Below, one piece after another: positions 59,271-64,000 of a stretch of 64,000 bases of DNA. The DNA is from Terriglobia bacterium (GTDB lineage: Bacteria > Acidobacteriota > Terriglobia > Acidiferrales > UBA7541). Position numbers and translations under genes: made by a program. The stretch spans positions 32,001-96,000 of the forward strand of contig OY968796.1 in the NCBI GenBank assembly GCA_963695545.1, written 5' to 3'. The notes beneath the pieces are model-generated. The model saw only the letters and a program-made list of their open reading frames with translations. It searched no databases and was not told the origin of the DNA. Within the stretch, counting starts at the first letter, position 1. Each line of letters opens with the position of its first letter.

Positions 59271-62200
59271 ATGAACAGGACTTCACCAGCGAGCATCATC
59301 CTTCCCGAAACCGAAGAGCCGATCCGCGCCGAATTATTTAGTCTCGAGCGCCTCGAACAGCACGCCGAATCCCTCGCCGCCGCGCAAATTCTTACAAGCG
59401 ATTCACGCAGCGGCCGCCCGCTGATTCCGCGCGTGATCGAAAACGGCCGCGTGCTTCTCGCCAGTTATCGCGCCATTGCAGGCGTGGTTCAATCGGAACA
59501 GACGATCACGCCAGCCGCGGAATGGCTGGTCGATAATTTCCACATTGTCGATGAACAACTCCGCGAAATTCAGGAAGATCTGCCGGTCGGCTACTACCGC
59601 AAACTGCCCAAGCTTGCTGCCGGACACCTCGAGGGCTATCCGCGCGTGTACGGCGTGGCTTGGGCCTTTGTTGCGCACACCGACAGCCGCTTCGACCCGG
59701 AATTGCTGCGCCGATTTGTGGCGGCTTATCAGCGCGTGCAACCGCTCACCATCGGCGAACTCTGGGCCATGGCCATCACGCTACGCGTGGTGCTGGTGGA
59801 AAATCTGCGCAGGATCGCCGAGCGCCTGGTTCGCAGCCGCGCCGCCCGCGCCGAAGCCGATGATTTGGCCGACCGCCTGCTCAATTCCGATCAACCCTCC
59901 GCGATTCTCCCTGCTCTGAAGAAATTCGAGAAAGCACCGTTGGAGCGCGCCTTCGCCGTGCAATTGATCCAGCGTTTGCGTGATCTCGATCCGAACGTTC
60001 GCCCGGTTCTCGAGTGGCTCGATCAGCGCCTCTCCGCCACCGGCACCAGCGCCGACGAAATCGTGCGCGCCGAACTTCAAGAACAAGGCGCCATGAGCAT
60101 CTCCGTGCGCAACATCATCACCAGCATGCGCTCGATTTCCGCGTTCGACTGGCAGATTTTCTTTGAGAGCGTCAGCCTGGTCGACGAAATTCTCCGCGAC
60201 GGCTCGCACTTCGCGGACATGGATTTTTCCACGCGCGACGATTATCGCCACGCCATCGAGGATCTATCCCGCGGATCGCGCCACTCGGAAATGGAAGTCG
60301 CCAAACGCGTCGTTCGGCGCGCGAAACAAAACATTCCGGATTCGCGCGAACCTCCCCACAATGGCGACCAACCCGCCGAGGATCGCCGCTCCGAGCCCGG
60401 CTACTACCTCATCTCTCGCGGCCGCCCCGCCTTCGAGCGCGAACTTGGTTTTCGCACTGGACTGAAGCACTGGCTGCTGCGCACCTACGTTCGCGCCGCC
60501 GTGCCCGGTTATCTCGGAACCATCGCGGTTGTAACTGCCATGATTCTGGCGCTGCCTCTGCTGCATTCCCGCGAAGAAGGTATGCATGCAAAGGGCCTCT
60601 TGCTTCTTGCTCTGCTCGCGGCCGTGCCCGCGTCGGATCTCGCGATCGCGCTGATTAACCGCGCCGTGATGGGCTTGCTCGGCCCGCGAAGATTGCCTCG
60701 CTTAGAGTTGAAAAACGGCATTCCTGCGGAATTGCGGACGATCGTGGTCATGCCCACGCTGCTCACGACTCCGGCGGAAGTCTCCGAACAAGTCGAACAC
60801 TTGGAAGTGCACTATCTCGGAAATCCCGATGGAGATCTGCACTTCGCTCTGCTCTCCGATTGGGCGGACGCGCCGGCGGAGTCCATGCCCGGCGACGACG
60901 ATCTGCTCGCCGCTGCCGTCGACGGCATCGCGCGCTTGAACAAGCGCTATGGCCCCGCTCCCGACGGCGGCAACCGTTTCTTCGTCTTCCATCGCAAGCG
61001 TGTCTGGAACCCAAGCGAAGGCAACTGGATCGGCTGGGAACGCAAACGCGGAAAATTGCACGAGCTGAATCAGCTTCTGCGCGGCGCCCAGGCCACCACC
61101 TTCACTCCCGTCGGTGGCCGCGCCCTCGCGCCGCCCGCCGGCGTTCGTTACGTGATCACCCTCGATGCGGACACGCGCATGCCCCGCCGCACCGCCATTC
61201 GCTTGGTCGGTACCATGGCCCATCCTCTGAATCGACCGCGGTTCAGCGCCGCGGACGGCCGCGTCGTCGAAGGCTACGCGATTGTGCAGCCGCGCATCAC
61301 TTCTTCCCTGCCCATCGATCGCGAAGGTTCGCTCACGCAGAAAATTTTCTCGGGACCCAGCGGCATCGATCCCTACTCCGCGGCCGTTTCCGACGTCTAT
61401 CAGGACCTTTTCCAGGAAGGTTCTTACACCGGCAAGGGCATTTACGAAATCGACGCGTTTGAAGCGGCCATGGCCGGCAAACCCCCGGAAAACGCGCTGC
61501 TCAGTCACGATTTATTTGAAGGCATCTTCGCCCGAGTGGCCCTCGCCACAGACATTGAGCTGTTTGAAGAATTCCCCTCGCGCTATGGCGCCGTCGCTGC
61601 CCGGCAGCATCGCTGGGCCCGCGGAGATTGGCAGCTCCTGCCGTGGATTTTCGGGCGCCCGCGCTCGCTAACCAACAAACGCGATCGCGTAAGGATTCCC
61701 GCGATCGGCCGATGGAAAATGCTCGACAATCTGCGCCGCACGCTTTCCGCGCCCGCCGCTTTCTTGACGCTGCTCGCCGGCTGGCTGCTGCCGCCGTCAT
61801 CGCCGTGGCTCTGGACTCGATTCGTTCTCACCACAATCGCGATTCCTTCCCTGCTGCCGTTTATCCTCGGCCTGCAATCGCGCCGCAAGGGCATCTCGAA
61901 GCGAAGCCATTTCCGCTCCGTGCTCAGCGACCTTGAACTCGGCGCCTCTCAATTCGGTTTGTCCGTAACGTTTCTCGCCTATCAGGCGTGGCTAATGTCC
62001 GATGCGATTGTGCGCACATTTGTCCGCTTATTTATCACCCACAAAAATATGCTCGAGTGGATCACGGCCGCGCAGTCCAAATTGATGGCCGATTCCAAAT
62101 TGGCTGTGACCTTCCGGCGCATGGCTCCGGGCGTTCTCCTTTCTCTTGGGGCCGCGGTCGCCGTCGTTTTCGGTCGGCATCAGGCCCGGGCCGCCGCCGC

Positions 62201-64000
62201 TCCCTTCCTTATTCTTTGGGCCGCGGCGCCCGCCGTGGCGCGCTGGATCAGTTTGCCGCCGGAGTTGTCGGGCGCAAGCCGTCTCTCTCCGCGCGAGGCA
62301 CTCAGATTGCGCTCAATTTCGCGGCGCACCTGGCGTTTCTTTGAAGCCTTCGTCACGCCGGCCGAGCATTCGCTTCCTCCCGACAATTTTCAAGAAACGC
62401 CCCGGCCCGTCCTCGCTCACCGGACTTCGCCCACCAACATCGGCCTCTATTTGCTTTCCACCCTCGCCGCCGGCGATTTCGGATGGATCGGCACGCTCCA
62501 CGCCGTCGAACGTCTGGAAGCCACGCTCGAAACCATGGGCCAGATGGAATTGTGCCGCGGCCATTTTTACAACTGGTACGACACAACCGATATTCGTCCG
62601 CTCGAGCCGCGCTACGTCTCCACAGTCGACAGCGGAAATCTCGCCGGGCATCTGCTCACTCTCGCTAACGCCTCGCGCGAGCTTATCGACAAATCGACGC
62701 TCGGTCCTCAAGTCCTCGCCGGGATGGAAGATGCCATCCGATTGTTGCGCGACGGACTTGACGCCATGGCGGACGCGCCGCGCACGCACCTCGTAACCCG
62801 AAAGCATCTCGCGAATGCCATCGATATTTTGGCCGCGTCGCTCGACACCGTTCCATTCGATGCCGTCGATTGGGCCATGCGCCTGTCGGAATGGAGAGCC
62901 CAGGCGCGCACCGTGGCGGATATCGCCCAGGCCCTGGTTCAGGAACTCGGAAATGTCGCCGAATCCGAGCTGGGCGTCTGGTCGGCCGCGTTGAGCGATG
63001 CGGTGGAAAGTCACGCGCGCGACGCGCAAATCCTGATTCCTTTCGCTCGCTTGGATTCAAAACAGATCGCGCGCATTGCGCAGCTTCGCCGCGAACAATC
63101 GCCCGAGTGGCTCGCGATCGAGCCGTTCCTCCAATCCGTTCCCAAGCTCGCCGACGCTCCGGATCGCTTTGACGGCGCTCTCACTGAACTCGCGTCGCTA
63201 CGCAATCGTCTGCTGAGCGTTTCAACAGAAGATGCCGACGCACTCGCGCGCATCGATGCGCTTTCGGAAGCCCTCCTGCAATCGGCGGCCGATGCCGCTT
63301 CCCTCATTCGGCGGCTTTCGACGATCGCGCAGACGGCCGACCGTATCTTCCAATCCACGGAGTTCGGATTTCTGTTCGACGAAGCGCGCAAGCTTTTCTC
63401 GATCGGCTATCGCCTCACCGACGGAACTCTCGATCCCAACTGCTATGACTTGCTCGCATCCGAAGCGCGTCTCGCGAGTTTCATCGCCATCGCCAAGGGA
63501 GAAGTTCCCGCGTCGCACTGGTTTCGCCTGGGTCGCGCGCTCACGCCGGTGGGTCGCGGCTCCGCGCTGATTTCCTGGTCGGGCTCGATGTTTGAATATT
63601 TGATGCCCGCGCTGGTGATGACTTCTCCGGCCGGCAGTCTGTTGACGCAAACATACGAATTGGTCGTGCGCCGCCAAATCGAGTATGGCGCCGAGCGCCG
63701 CGTCCCGTGGGGCGTGTCGGAATCGGCCTACAACGCGCGAGACCTCGATCTGACTTATCAATACTCGACCTTCGGCGTGCCTGGCCTCGGCCTCAAGCGC
63801 GGCCTCAGCGAGGATCTGGTCATCGCGCCGTATGCCACCGCTCTTGCGGCCATGATCGATCCCGTTGCCGCCACGCACAATTTCGCGCGTCTTGAAAAAG
63901 CCGGCGGGCGCGGCGCCTACGGATTTTACGAAGCCATCGATTACACGCGTTCGCGCGTGCCCGAGGACAAAGAAGACGCCGTGGTCTACGCGTACATGGC
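59271..64000 (+). CDS. Cyclic beta-1,2-glucan synthase (Cgs/NdvB/ChvB-type), 3' truncated by window edge; absent from ORF track
   Basis: Frame from ATG 59271, spot-checked along its length, contains EPIRAELFSLERLEQHA, AAEWLVDNF, GWERKRGKL, LLSHDLFEG, RQHRWARGDWQ, LPPDNFQE, RTSPTNIG, SWSGSMFEYLMP and WGVSESAYN. It runs off the window end. Confidence 0.9.
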   Translation, partial: MNRTSPASIILPETEEPIRAELFSLERLEQHAESLAAAQILTSDSRSGRPLIPRVIENGRVLLASYRAIAGVVQSEQTITPAAEWLVDNFHIVDEQLREIQEDLPVGYYRKLPKLAAGHLEGYPRVYGVAWAFVAHTDSRFDPELLRRFVAAYQRVQPLTIGELWAMAITLRVVLVENLRRIAERLVRSRAARAEADDLADRLLNSDQPSAILPALKKFEKAPLERAFAVQLIQRLRDLDPNVRPVLEWLDQRLSATGTSADEIVRAELQEQGAMSISVRNIITSMRSISAFDWQIFFESVSLVDEILRDGSHFADMDFSTRDDYRHAIEDLSRGSRHSEMEVAKRVVRRAKQNIPDSREPPHNGDQPAEDRRSEPGYYLISRGRPAFERELGFRTGLKHWLLRTYVRAAVPGYLGTIAVVTAMILALPLLHSREEGMHAKGLLLLALLAAVPASDLAIALINRAVMGLLGPRRLPRLELKNGIPAELRTIVVMPTLLTTPAEVSEQVEHLEVHYLGNPDGDLHFALLSDWADAPAESMPGDDDLLAAAVDGIARLNKRYGPAPDGGNRFFVFHRKRVWNPSEGNWIGWERKRGKLHELNQLLRGAQATTFTPVGGRALAPPAGVRYVITLDADTRMPRRTAIRLVGTMAHPLNRPRFSAADGRVVEGYAIVQPRITSSLPIDREGSLTQKIFSGPSGIDPYSAAVSDVYQDLFQEGSYTGKGIYEIDAFEAAMAGKPPENALLSHDLFEGIFARVALATDIELFEEFPSRYGAVAARQHRWARGDWQLLPWIFGRPRSLTNKRDRVRIPAIGRWKMLDNLRRTLSAPAAFLTLLAGWLLPPSSPWLWTRFVLTTIAIPSLLPFILGLQSRRKGISKRSHFRSVLSDLELGASQFGLSVTFLAYQAWLMSDAIVRTFVRLFITHKNMLEWITAAQSKLMADSKLAVTFRRMAPGVLLSLGAAVAVVFGRHQARAAAAPFLILWAAAPAVARWISLPPELSGASRLSPREALRLRSISRRTWRFFEAFVTPAEHSLPPDNFQETPRPVLAHRTSPTNIGLYLLSTLAAGDFGWIGTLHAVERLEATLETMGQMELCRGHFYNWYDTTDIRPLEPRYVSTVDSGNLAGHLLTLANASRELIDKSTLGPQVLAGMEDAIRLLRDGLDAMADAPRTHLVTRKHLANAIDILAASLDTVPFDAVDWAMRLSEWRAQARTVADIAQALVQELGNVAESELGVWSAALSDAVESHARDAQILIPFARLDSKQIARIAQLRREQSPEWLAIEPFLQSVPKLADAPDRFDGALTELASLRNRLLSVSTEDADALARIDALSEALLQSAADAASLIRRLSTIAQTADRIFQSTEFGFLFDEARKLFSIGYRLTDGTLDPNCYDLLASEARLASFIAIAKGEVPASHWFRLGRALTPVGRGSALISWSGSMFEYLMPALVMTSPAGSLLTQTYELVVRRQIEYGAERRVPWGVSESAYNARDLDLTYQYSTFGVPGLGLKRGLSEDLVIAPYATALAAMIDPVAATHNFARLEKAGGRGAYGFYEAIDYTRSRVPEDKEDAVVYAYM

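Noticed and set aside
59403..63895. Numerous short ORFs in the track over the last 4.7 kb
   Set aside because: All overlap the single long glucan synthase frame, which the track omitted because its stop lies outside the window.

Overview
High-GC bacterial chromosomal window, most likely from an Acidobacteriota genome, judging by the duplicated ADOP-type orphan permease and the gene repertoire. It holds about 47 protein-coding genes, one tRNA-His and no recognisable transposase, integrase, prophage or CRISPR array. Contents in order: a PhyH/TIM-barrel/sugar-porter operon; a MacB-type ABC pair; PilZ; ClC; a GT-C/methyltransferase/GT2 operon; a NarL-type two-component system; a MerR-TPR protein; tRNA-His; Tat-exported DUF1080 and GH28 genes (GH28 interrupted by an in-frame TAG); malic enzyme; higBA; PPi-dependent PEPCK; pruA; galM; xylB (apparent ATC start); S9 and M61 peptidases; GH3; a secreted (NPN)n-repeat protein paired with a CsgG-like protein; a kdp locus; a DEAD-box helicase; and the 5' part of a cyclic beta-1,2-glucan synthase. 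The best candidate for an undescribed system is the kdp locus. It has no kdpD in the window. Instead it has a membrane-anchored Hanks Ser/Thr kinase directly after kdpC, a stand-alone Usp-like gene, a second small membrane peptide before kdpF, a small membrane protein coupled to kdpE, and two promoters that share the same four-box, 11-bp-periodic architecture. All family calls come from motif recognition by eye, not from database searches.
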